DNA from: Promethearchaeota archaeon | GTDB taxonomy: Archaea; Asgardarchaeota; Lokiarchaeia; Sigyniarchaeales; SOKP01 | Assembly (NCBI GenBank): GCA_048940925.1 | Contig: JBHLOC010000002.1 | Span: 192,001 to 256,000 of the forward strand | Direction: 5' to 3' | Length of the DNA stretch: 64,000 nucleotides | Shown here: piece after piece, positions 1 through 9,447 of the stretch | How positions within the stretch are numbered: the stretch's first letter is position 1 | Layout: every line of letters begins with the position of its first letter | The notes under the pieces: model-generated | What the model was told of the DNA's origin: nothing | Databases searched by the model: none | Seen by the model: only the letters and a program-made list of their open reading frames with translations | Made by a program: the position numbers and the translations under genes

Positions 1-297
1 TTTCATTGGATTGAATTTCCCTCTAAAAGTTTCATGGGAGAGATTTGTAAATTACATTATCCTAACCTCAAGCAAAACCTTTTAGACCAGTGTTTACAAC
101 ATTTTTATGCATTAAGAGCAATCACAAAATTAAGAAAAATGCCATCAACTTCCGAACTTCTTGATTGGATTGGAGTTTTGCTTAAGAGTGGCATCACAAT
201 TGAAGAACTAAAACAAGCGGTACCATTTTTGGGAGTCCTCATAAAGAAAGAAAAGGATTTCGAGATCGCTTCTGAAAAGCTTAGATTTCCAACTTAA
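1..297 (+). CDS. MoxR-family AAA+ ATPase (CoxD-like), 3' end; gene starts before the window
   Basis: Frame open from base 1 (FHWIEFP...); C-terminal motif LRKMPSTSELLDW typical of MoxR/CoxD ATPases; vWA partner at 4181. Confidence 0.8.
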   Translation, partial: FHWIEFPSKSFMGEICKLHYPNLKQNLLDQCLQHFYALRAITKLRKMPSTSELLDWIGVLLKSGITIEELKQAVPFLGVLIKKEKDFEIASEKLRFPT

Positions 298-450
298 TCA
301 ATAAACCTAATGAATTACATCTAAATTTTTTTTGAATTTTTCTTCCAAATCTCTAATAATTTTAACTAATGTAATTGTACTACCTAAAACGGGATTCATT
401 CTAAGAAGTTCATACGTTTCTCTCTTTTTAAATTGAAGAAAGACTGTAGC

Positions 451-469
451 AATGTAACTATGTTACATT
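451..469. repeat. Perfect 8-bp inverted repeat AATGTAAC-tat-GTTACATT between convergent genes (terminator or protein-binding site)
   Basis: Seen directly in sequence; function is inference. Confidence 0.4.
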
Positions 470-553
470 CTGAGAGGATTGAGTAAATATTTGATATCAA
501 TTTTCTAATCAAATTGATAAAAACTATGCTAAAAAGAGAAAAAAAAATTAGTT

Positions 554-3049
554 TTATTTTTGTTTTAATTTTTTAACTAAAAATATACCAATTCCAAATA
601 CGATACTGATAATTATTATCAAATTATATCCAGGGATTGCCCTGTCTCCTTCTGGTTTAGGTTCTGGCTCTGGTTCAGGCCCTGGTCCTGACTCTGGCTC
701 TGGTTCTGGCTCTTTATCGCAAAAATTATTATTAAAAATATTACCTATACAATCAATTTCAACGATACATTCATTATTCCCAATTAAGATATTTCCCGAA
801 ATATTATTATAATTACTATGACGCAAATATATCCCATAATAATTCTCATTTACTCTATTTTCTAAGATGCAACAATAATTAGCATAAAGTAAATAGATAC
901 CCTGATAATTATTTTCTACAAGGTTTCTCAAAACCATGTTATTATAGCTCGAATATTGGTCTGAATAGATACTTCTTAACATTATTCCAATTTGATTATC
1001 AGATAAAATGTTTTTTGACGCTATAGAATCATAACAACGTTCGATGTTGATTCCAGACTCGTCATTTAAAATTGATGTATTATTAAATATTTTACAATCC
1101 TTGTTATTATAGAAATTCATACCGTCTCCAGAATTTTCTATATGATTAAAGGAGACAGTTATATTTCGACTAGCTTGTACAGAAATCCCACTCCCAACAG
1201 AGGGGTAAACTCCATTATTTATAGCAGTATTATTTGAAATCACAGTATTGTTAACGAATACTATTGACAGTCCAGCATCTATATTATAACTAGCATTATT
1301 ATTGAGTATTAAATTATTATATCCATTATAAAAAGTATATCTATCTTTAATTACAATACCACAATGAGCATTATAACAAGCAGTATTCTCTATAATTTTA
1401 GTATCATTACATTGATCATATAAAGTTATCCCATTAATCGTATTGTTCTTAGCGGTATTTCCAGAAATGGTATTATTATTTGAGAATGTTAAATAAATAC
1501 CGTGTTTATTGAATGAACAATTATTATTGATTAATCTTCCATTAGTAACGTTTTCTAATCTGATTCCGCCAGAATGCCAATATTCATCTCTCCCATTTAT
1601 TATTGTACAGTTTCTAATCGTAAAATAAACATCAGAGTTATCTATACGAATACAGTTATGATTGTTTAGCCCATCAATTTTTACATTCTCAATAATATAA
1701 GGATCGTTCCATGTTCCATTACCGGAACACCAGTCATACATGCTAGCTTTCGACCAATTTTTTAGGGGATCATCATCATCAATTTCTATTGGCCCAATTT
1801 CCTTGCCTCCTGCAGTTATTTGGAATAGATATACTAAACTCACACCATCTGTTGCACCCAGATTCCCTGCAGTAAAATATTGTCCATCAGACGAAATAGC
1901 TACACATTCTATAGAAGATATAGTATTATAACTCCAAAGCGGAATGGAACTATTTGTATCAAAGAGATAGACGTTATCATCCCAACTTCCAGCAACAACA
2001 TATTGACCATTAGATGAAATTGCTACAGAACTTACGTCTTTTCCAGCATTAAAGCTCCAGAGCGGGATGGAATTGCTTTTCTCGAAGAAATAGACCTGAG
2101 TGCCTGTATATCCAGTTCCAATAACAACGTATTGCCCATCTGAGGAAATTGCTACAGACCAGACGGGGTCTCCTGAAATGTAGTTCCAGAGTGGTGTAGA
2201 ATTGTTTGTTTTAAAAAAATACATTCCATCATTACCATCCCCATCAGTGGTTCCAACAAGAGCATAGTTTCCATCAGAAGAGATCGCCACATAAGTTGCC
2301 CAATTTGGTGTTGTATAAGTCCAATTTGGAGTTGAACTGGTCCTTTTAAAGAAATATAGCTTTCCATTATTACTTCCCGCTACAATATAATTCCCATCAG
2401 AAGAAATCCCTACAGAAGCAACATATCCATAGACAGATCCAGTGCTATATATCCAAAGCGGTGTGGAACTCTCTTTCTCGAATAGTAATATGTTATTATT
2501 CTCTCTACCTATTCCTGCAACAAAATATTGTCCATCAGCTGAAATTGCGAGGGAGGCTACAATACCTCCAGTAGCATAGCTCCAGAGTGGAGTAGAACTA
2601 TTTTTATCAAAGAGATAAACTTTATCACTACATGTTCCAGCAACAATGTATTTACCATCGGACGAAATTGCTACAGAATGCACACTTCCTCCAAGATTTG
2701 AACTCCAAAGTGGAGTGGAATTATCTTTCTCAAATAAATATAAATTACAATCATAGCATGCGACAGCAATATACTGCCCGTTGGATGAGACCGCTACTTC
2801 TCTATTACGTGATGCTGTATTGTAACTCCAAACTGGTTTGACAAGTATACTAGATATTGCTAAATTTTCTATGTCATAAGGATCGGAATATGTAGCTTGA
2901 TCTGTATATAATCTCATATTCTTGGATTCCTCAGATAGAAGTTCAAAATTTCCTTGATAGTAACTAATATTAGAACTAAAAAGAATAGAAAATACAATTA
3001 TAATTCCTATACTTATTAAAATTGTCTTTACTTTTGTTAATTCTCTCAT
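554..3049 (-). CDS. Cell-surface protein: signal peptide, WD40/PQQ-like beta-propeller, NosD-like right-handed beta-helix, Pro/Glu linker, Loki-CTERM-type anchor
   Basis: About 8 repeats of VAISSDGQY.VAG...YLF...STPLW; N-rich beta-helix repeats; EPEPEP linker; C-terminal IPGY-TM-KKLKQK. Confidence 0.85.
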   Translation of the reverse strand: MRELTKVKTILISIGIIIVFSILFSSNISYYQGNFELLSEESKNMRLYTDQATYSDPYDIENLAISSILVKPVWSYNTASRNREVAVSSNGQYIAVACYDCNLYLFEKDNSTPLWSSNLGGSVHSVAISSDGKYIVAGTCSDKVYLFDKNSSTPLWSYATGGIVASLAISADGQYFVAGIGRENNNILLFEKESSTPLWIYSTGSVYGYVASVGISSDGNYIVAGSNNGKLYFFKRTSSTPNWTYTTPNWATYVAISSDGNYALVGTTDGDGNDGMYFFKTNNSTPLWNYISGDPVWSVAISSDGQYVVIGTGYTGTQVYFFEKSNSIPLWSFNAGKDVSSVAISSNGQYVVAGSWDDNVYLFDTNSSIPLWSYNTISSIECVAISSDGQYFTAGNLGATDGVSLVYLFQITAGGKEIGPIEIDDDDPLKNWSKASMYDWCSGNGTWNDPYIIENVKIDGLNNHNCIRIDNSDVYFTIRNCTIINGRDEYWHSGGIRLENVTNGRLINNNCSFNKHGIYLTFSNNNTISGNTAKNNTINGITLYDQCNDTKIIENTACYNAHCGIVIKDRYTFYNGYNNLILNNNASYNIDAGLSIVFVNNTVISNNTAINNGVYPSVGSGISVQASRNITVSFNHIENSGDGMNFYNNKDCKIFNNTSILNDESGINIERCYDSIASKNILSDNQIGIMLRSIYSDQYSSYNNMVLRNLVENNYQGIYLLYANYCCILENRVNENYYGIYLRHSNYNNISGNILIGNNECIVEIDCIGNIFNNNFCDKEPEPEPESGPGPEPEPEPKPEGDRAIPGYNLIIIISIVFGIGIFLVKKLKQK

Positions 3050-3085
3050 TAATTTATCACCTAAAATATATAATTTTTTTTTGGA

Positions 3086-3232
3086 TTAAGACGCATCACT
3101 TATTCTTTTTTTTTTACGTAATAAGACTATTGTCACAGTTGCTACTCCCATTCCCACTGCTGTTGATGCGATTGCAATAATAATTATGTCTATTTCGCCA
3201 ACAGGATATAGACTGATATGTAAAAATATCAT
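3086..3232 (-). other. 48-aa small ORF or orphan C-terminal membrane anchor (MIFLHISLYPVGEIDIIIIAIASTAVGMGVATVTIVLLRKKKRISDAS)
   Basis: Manual translation; one TM helix followed by RKKKR; not in ORF track. Confidence 0.45.
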
Positions 3233-3436
3233 TATTACCTATTTAAGATTTTTTATCGAAATCTTATCTAACTTCCTAGTAGGTATTATGCCATTCTTTA
3301 CTTTAGAAAATTATTCAGGGTACAAATTTTCGAAAGTCTTACTAAATAACTTAAGGTATTCCCACTTTTTAGTTTTGTATTCCATATTAAATTCTATAAT
3401 ATATGAGGCTATATATTGAATTTTAAATTCAATTGT

Positions 3437-3955
3437 TTATGTTATCTTGTCATAAAATTTTTCTTGACAATAAATTGCGGTGTTAGGATGCATTCTAACG
3501 ACTTCGGTTTCAGGTGTATGATTGATTACAATTAGGTCCACTCGTTCACTCCCAGCTTGAAATGTAAAGATATATCCTTTAGATACTAATTTATCATTTA
3601 ACTTTTTTCCCAATGCTTTCGGATTCTTTAATATAATCCCTTTTTTATAACCTGCGAAAGAAACTTGTTGAGCTAATGCTATTTTTGTCTTTTTGATGAT
3701 AACGATATCATCGACAGATATACCTATATTTCTTCTTTTGAAGGCATCAATTCTTATTACTTTTTTTCCCTTATCTTTAAGATCACTGGGATAGACTTTT
3801 GCTGCGGTGGAATTTTCATTGAAACTATCAGTTATTTGAATTATATCGTCAGTATTTAGATTGAATTCTGTAAAAACAGCAGGATCGACCCGAGCAATAT
3901 CTTTTCCTTTATCTTCTTTAAAGATATCTCTAACTCTTAATTTTAATTCTCTCAT
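3437..3955 (-). CDS. Stand-alone CDC48/VAT N-domain protein (no ATPase module)
   Basis: LKLRV...DKGKDIARVD, IRIDAFKRRNIGISVDDIV match the Cdc48 N-terminal double-psi barrel; no Walker motifs. Confidence 0.8.
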   Translation of the reverse strand: MRELKLRVRDIFKEDKGKDIARVDPAVFTEFNLNTDDIIQITDSFNENSTAAKVYPSDLKDKGKKVIRIDAFKRRNIGISVDDIVIIKKTKIALAQQVSFAGYKKGIILKNPKALGKKLNDKLVSKGYIFTFQAGSERVDLIVINHTPETEVVRMHPNTAIYCQEKFYDKIT

Positions 3956-4180
3956 TTTAATTCAAATATAAACAATTTTAAATACATTTAAATAAAAAAA
4001 ATTTTTGTGAAATACAAAAACTAAAGATTGGGTGTAGTTTTATTTGCTCTTCATAATATACTCCCCTTTTTTTTAAAAATACTATTGTAAATAAATAATT
4101 ATCATAATATATGCGAAAACTATAATTATTAATTTAGTTTTATCTAAAGTAGGAGCATTAAAATTCTGAAGTTTTAGTAA

Positions 4181-5605
4181 ATGTTTATCGAATATTATTA
4201 TTATTTAAAAGAAAGACTGCCGGTTAGTATTACAGAATACATGACTTTAATGGAAGCTCTCAATAAAGGGCTAATCCATAATATGGTTGAGTTTTACTAT
4301 GTTTCAAGATCTATTTTATGCAAAAACGAACACCATTTTGATGTTTACGACATCGCTTTTGTTAATTTTTTTAAAAATGCAATGATAAAATTCCCTGATG
4401 ATTTTAAACAAGAGATTTGGGATTGGCTTAATAAGGATATTACACTTCCTGAATTAATTGAGGGATTACAATTATTATTGAGAGAATATCAACAATATCT
4501 CACTGCAATAGATTTCCAAGAATTACTTGAGGAATTATTAACAAAGTATAGGGATAAACTTGAAGATACACTTTTAATAAATGCACCTGAAGAACTAAAA
4601 GAAGAAATATTAAAGTGGTTACAAGATAAGCTTAATATTGCTGAAATTGATAGTATTTCCCAGCAAATGTTAAACCAATTTTTTAATCTCGAAGAGATGC
4701 AAAAACAGTTTGAAGATTTAATGCAAAGGCAAGATGAAGAGCATAATTTTGGAGATCATTGGATTGGAACCCAAGGTACATCACCATTCGGTCATTCAGG
4801 AGAAAATCCAATGGGAATGAGAATTGGTGGCTCATCAGGTATGCGAACTGCTGTACAAATTGCCGAAAAACGGATTTTTAAAGATTATCGTAAAGATGTA
4901 GTCTTGGATACGCGACAAATCAAAGTTGCTCTGAAAAAACTAAAAAAACTTGAGGAGATTGGCAAAAGAGACGAATTAAATTTAGATGAAACTATTGATA
5001 AAACGGCTAAAAACTGTGGCGATATTGAGATAGTATTTGATAAACGCAGGAAAAATGATGTAAAACTCCTTCTATTAATGGACGTTGGAGGTAGTATGAC
5101 TCCCTATGCCCACCTCGTTAATTTACTTTTCTCTGCAGCAAACAATATGTCTCATTGGAAAGATTTCAAATATTATTATTTCCACAATTGTATCTATGAA
5201 ACACTATATTTTAATGCAAAACGTAATCCTGATGAAGCTATTGAATTCAACGATTTTCTTAGAAAATTTGATAATAAATATAAGGTAGTTATTGTAGGTG
5301 ATGCGGCAATGGCATCTTGGGAATTAACTGAAAAATACGGTTCGATATATTATTATCACAGGAATGAATTACCGGGTATCTATTATATCAGAGAAATTGC
5401 AAATCATTTTAAAAATGGCATTGTATGGTTAAATCCCGAACTTATAAAACCTGAATGGTCTCCATGGACTAGAAAAATCATTTCTAGTATTATTCCTATG
5501 TTTGATTTAACAATTGAAGGTATTGAAAAAGCTATGGATTATCTTAGAAAAGGTGGAAAAAATATGTATACAACGGTAAATTATTTTAAGGGATTAAATT
5601 ATTAG
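4181..5605 (+). CDS. vWA-domain protein (CoxE-like partner of MoxR)
   Basis: WIGTQGTSPFGHSG, LLLMDVGGSM (MIDAS-like), YYYFHNCIY, IVGDAAMA, VWLNP. Confidence 0.85.
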   Translation: MFIEYYYYLKERLPVSITEYMTLMEALNKGLIHNMVEFYYVSRSILCKNEHHFDVYDIAFVNFFKNAMIKFPDDFKQEIWDWLNKDITLPELIEGLQLLLREYQQYLTAIDFQELLEELLTKYRDKLEDTLLINAPEELKEEILKWLQDKLNIAEIDSISQQMLNQFFNLEEMQKQFEDLMQRQDEEHNFGDHWIGTQGTSPFGHSGENPMGMRIGGSSGMRTAVQIAEKRIFKDYRKDVVLDTRQIKVALKKLKKLEEIGKRDELNLDETIDKTAKNCGDIEIVFDKRRKNDVKLLLLMDVGGSMTPYAHLVNLLFSAANNMSHWKDFKYYYFHNCIYETLYFNAKRNPDEAIEFNDFLRKFDNKYKVVIVGDAAMASWELTEKYGSIYYYHRNELPGIYYIREIANHFKNGIVWLNPELIKPEWSPWTRKIISSIIPMFDLTIEGIEKAMDYLRKGGKNMYTTVNYFKGLNY

Positions 5606-5927
5606 TATAAAACGTCATCCAAATTGTTGAGTTCATTAACTTATATCAAACTATTTCATCTGGGAAAGATAATTATAAGATGTTTTAACATAGATTATCC
5701 TAAATATATTTGCTCTTTCTCTTTTTCTCCTTTTGTTCTAGGATCAGTAACAAATAACTGATCTATAAGATAAAAATAAATTTCTAAAATATCTTTATGG
5801 TAGTACCTTTTAAATTTTATACAAAATTTTAAACTTTTAATAAAAGATAGATCCAACTTTATCTAATGAGCCAATCATCCAATTTTAAGGATTTCAGATA
5901 AAAGCTATTTAAAAAAGAGTATGAGTC

Positions 5928-7451
5928 ATGAGCAAGTTTAATAATGAATTAAAAGAATCTGAAACCAAATATCTTAATCTCATAAATAATATTCTAGATA
6001 TTCTGGTTGAACTCAATTTAGACTTAACTATTACTTATATCAATTCTCAAGTTTATGACTTACTTGGTTATTCATCTGAAGAACTTATAGGAAAAAATTT
6101 TATTGATCATATACATCCTAATGAAATGACAAAAATAAATGAGATAATTAATTATGCCATCAAAAAAAATAAACAAATATCTATTGAATTAAATGTTAAG
6201 CACAAAAAAGGACAATATATTCAATTTTTAGGAAAGGGTCAATTGTTTAACGATAACACTCATGTTAAGATCGTGCTATTGCTAAGACCTGTAATAGGAT
6301 TAAAAGAAAACCAACAATTGTTAATGGAATCTTACAAAAAATATAGAAAAATAATTGAGAATATTGAGGATGGATATTTTGAAGTAGATCTACGCGGAAA
6401 TTATACTTATGTAAATGATTACACTTGTAGATATTTAGGGATTCCAAAAAAAGAACTATTAGGAAAAAATTATACTACTCTAGTAGATAAAGATACAATA
6501 GAAGAGATATATAAAATCTTTAATAATGTATATGAGAATGATCTTCCAAAAGGGACTTTTGAAAGTCAAGTTCTAAGAAGTGATGGTTCACTCCGTACTT
6601 TTGAAGGATCTTTTTATTTAAGATATGACTCCAGTGGAAGAAAAGTTGGTTTTTATGGTTTTACTCGAGATATAACTGAGAAAAAGGAAGCAGAAAAGAA
6701 ATTAAAACAATCCGAGAAAAAATTTCGAGAAGCATATAATCGAGCTGAACTTTATAAAGATTTATTCTATCATGATATTAATAATATACTTACTAATATT
6801 GGTATTTCAATTGAACTTAGTGAGAATTATCTAAATGATCCAGAGAGAGAAACAGATATTAAAGAAATTTACGATTTACTTAAAAAACAATTCGTTAGAG
6901 GGAAAAAATTAGTAACCAATGTTCAAAAATTATCTTCTTTAGATGCAGCCGAAAAATCTCTTAAATCCATTGATGCTATTAAAGTATTAAAAGATGCGAT
7001 TAATATTATTAGGACTAACAAGAGAATAAGAGATATTGATATTTCAATTGATTCATTTAAAGATGAAATCTTCATCCAAGCCAACGATCTCCTAATGGAT
7101 ATTTTTGAAAATCTATTAATTAATGCTTTAAATTATAATGATAAATCTAAAGTGGAGATTCTCATAAGAATTTCCAAAAAATTAGAAAAAAGTATAAGCT
7201 TCATTAAATTTGAATTTATAGATAATGGTATTGGAATTTCTGACGAAAAGAAAAGAGGCATTTTTCAAGAAAGATTCTTCAAAGAAAAAGGTTCAAAAGG
7301 AATGGGATTCGGATTAACTCTTGTAAAGAAAATATTAGAAAGTTATGGTGGCAAAATTTGGGTTGAAGATAGGGTGAAGGGGGATTATACTCAAGGTGCT
7401 AATTTCATTTTTTTAATCCGTGAAATTGCATCAAACTTAGAACTCAATTAG
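5928..7451 (+). CDS. Cytoplasmic PAS-PAS sensor histidine kinase
   Basis: Two PAS repeats; H-box FYHDINN; N-box ENLLINALNY; DNGIGI; GMGFGL. Confidence 0.9.
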   Translation: MSKFNNELKESETKYLNLINNILDILVELNLDLTITYINSQVYDLLGYSSEELIGKNFIDHIHPNEMTKINEIINYAIKKNKQISIELNVKHKKGQYIQFLGKGQLFNDNTHVKIVLLLRPVIGLKENQQLLMESYKKYRKIIENIEDGYFEVDLRGNYTYVNDYTCRYLGIPKKELLGKNYTTLVDKDTIEEIYKIFNNVYENDLPKGTFESQVLRSDGSLRTFEGSFYLRYDSSGRKVGFYGFTRDITEKKEAEKKLKQSEKKFREAYNRAELYKDLFYHDINNILTNIGISIELSENYLNDPERETDIKEIYDLLKKQFVRGKKLVTNVQKLSSLDAAEKSLKSIDAIKVLKDAINIIRTNKRIRDIDISIDSFKDEIFIQANDLLMDIFENLLINALNYNDKSKVEILIRISKKLEKSISFIKFEFIDNGIGISDEKKRGIFQERFFKEKGSKGMGFGLTLVKKILESYGGKIWVEDRVKGDYTQGANFIFLIREIASNLELN

Positions 7452-7511
7452 GCTATAACTAAATTGTTAATTGTTTAATAATAAAGTCATTAAAATATTA
7501 ATAAATTAATT

Positions 7512-7782
7512 CTAAGTTGATTTCTTAATATGAACTATACCATATACAGCACCAACAGTATAGTCATCTGCACCAAATTGCTTTACTAGCATTAAATTTG
7601 AAGGAGTACCACTTATTATTAATTTCTCTTTATTTCATAATCCAACATCTCGTAAAGCCTTATGACTAACCCCAATTTGACCAATAATCACAGTAGAAAT
7701 AGTTATTAATTCCCTCAGAAAAACACTTTAGCATTCAGAGCAGCTATAGAAAAATAACGAAAATATCTATTAAACTTATCAT
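7512..7782 (-). pseudogene. Degenerate corrinoid (B12-binding) protein remnant
   Basis: Manual translation ...ALRDVGL*NKEKLIISGTPSNLMLVKQFGADDY... resembles the LR.AGLRDKVKVIIGGAP....A..IGAD.Y end of corrinoid proteins; internal stops. Confidence 0.6.
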
Positions 7783-7845
7783 AATTCTTAAATAATTTAT
7801 TTAAAAAAAATGAAAATAAAAATAATTATTTAAGTTAAAGATTTC

Positions 7846-8313
7846 TTACCTTTCTTTTAAACTCTCAAAAAATTTTTCATCCGTTTCTTTGTCTACAATT
7901 ATTCCTCTTTTTTTACGAGCGAATAAGAAACCTAATAAAATACCAACAGCTAAACCAATGACGATTGCTTCAATAAAGAATATGATAATGACAAAAAATA
8001 AAGATATTGGTGAATTTTGAGCGTAAATCATCCATTCAAAAAAACTTAATGAGATAGCTGTAAAAATTGTTCCAGTAATTCCAACAGTTAAGCCTGTCAC
8101 AATTTCTGATTGACCCTGTTTTTTATGAGATAATGAAAAATATACCCCCAAAAGGGAACCAATAATCATTTGTAGGTCTCCCGAAAAGAAAATCCCTGCA
8201 GGAAAGATTAAGAATGCTATAAATGCGATTAAATCAGTAATTATCATTCCTGCAAGTAGATTATTTTCTTTGGCATATTGATATAGATTAGCAATGAAAG
8301 GAATTATTATCAC
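7846..8313 (-). CDS. Hypothetical 4-TM membrane protein, last gene of the ABC operon
   Basis: Hydrophobic segments; co-oriented 25 nt after malK. Confidence 0.7.
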   Translation of the reverse strand: MIIIPFIANLYQYAKENNLLAGMIITDLIAFIAFLIFPAGIFFSGDLQMIIGSLLGVYFSLSHKKQGQSEIVTGLTVGITGTIFTAISLSFFEWMIYAQNSPISLFFVIIIFFIEAIVIGLAVGILLGFLFARKKRGIIVDKETDEKFFESLKER

Positions 8314-8338
8314 CGGATAAATCCTAATAATGCACTAA

Positions 8339-9430
8339 CTAGGATTTATAAATTAAATTTATTTCAGTTTCTTTATCAAAAACGTGAATTTTATCTGAAG
8401 AGAATGAAATATATGCTTTATCTCCTATTTTTGCTCCATAGTAACCAGATGCAGTGATCATTCCACTAATGCCATCTGGAAATTCAAAAGTGACAATAGT
8501 TTCAGCTCCCAGAAATTCTATTACAACAATCTCAGTTTCATAAGCTTGATCATGAGGTTCGGGGGTAATTTTAACATGCTCTGGTCGAATCCCTAAGATT
8601 ATACCATGAGGACTTGCACTCTTGAGTTTTTCTGCTATTTCTGGAGGTATAGGATATTCTTGTTGACCGAAAATTAATTTATTTGTATCAAATTTTGCAT
8701 CCCAAAAATTCATAGTTGGTGATCCTATAAAACCAGCAACAAACTTATTAAATGGTTGATTATACACTTCACTTGGAGTCCCAATTTGCTGAAATTTGCC
8801 ATCAAACAAAATAGCTATTCGATCTGCCATAGACATTGCTTCCACCTGATCGTGAGTAACATATACCTGAGTAATTTGCAGTTTTCTTTGTAATTTAATA
8901 ATTTCTCCTCTCATTTGAATACGTAATTTCGCATCTAGATTACTTAATGGTTCATCAAAAAGAAAAACTGTTGGATAACGCACAATTGATCTCCCTAAAG
9001 CAACCCTCTGGCGTTGTCCTCCACTTATTTCCCCAGGCTTTCTGTCTAACAAATGATCGATATCTAAAAGCTTAGCAGCCTCTATTACTCTTCTATTTAT
9101 CTCGTTTTTATCCATTTTGGATAATTTTAAAGCAAATCCCATATTTTCTCGAACATTCATGTGAGGATATAAGGCATAACTCTGAAACACCATCGCAACT
9201 TTTCTTTCTTTTGGGGGAATAAAAGTAACATCTACATCGTCAAATAAAACACGTCCATCTGTAACATATTCTAATCCGGCAATAATATTCAGGCAAGTTG
9301 ATTTACCACAACCAGATGGACCAACAAGCACCATAAATTCTTTATCTTTGATCTCAAGATCTATGTTCTTTAAAACATGGACATCGGGAGCAAAAATTTT
9401 ATTTACTTTTTCTAATGTTATTCTTACCAT
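8339..9430 (-). CDS. malK: Sugar ABC transporter ATP-binding subunit (MalK/UgpC family)
   Basis: GPSGCGKST, VFQSYALYPH, ISGGQRQRVALGR, DEPLSNLDAKLR; ATG at 9430 preferred to TTG at 9442. Confidence 0.93.
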   Translation of the reverse strand: MVRITLEKVNKIFAPDVHVLKNIDLEIKDKEFMVLVGPSGCGKSTCLNIIAGLEYVTDGRVLFDDVDVTFIPPKERKVAMVFQSYALYPHMNVRENMGFALKLSKMDKNEINRRVIEAAKLLDIDHLLDRKPGEISGGQRQRVALGRSIVRYPTVFLFDEPLSNLDAKLRIQMRGEIIKLQRKLQITQVYVTHDQVEAMSMADRIAILFDGKFQQIGTPSEVYNQPFNKFVAGFIGSPTMNFWDAKFDTNKLIFGQQEYPIPPEIAEKLKSASPHGIILGIRPEHVKITPEPHDQAYETEIVVIEFLGAETIVTFEFPDGISGMITASGYYGAKIGDKAYISFSSDKIHVFDKETEINLIYKS

Positions 9431-9447
9431 TTTTATAACCAACTCAT

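Noticed and set aside
660-712. Short tandem DNA repeat
   Set aside because: Simply encodes the Pro/Glu linker; not CRISPR-like
5606-5770. Possible decayed gene fragment on the minus strand (QLFVTDPRTKGEKE...)
   Set aside because: Multiple stops and no family recognised
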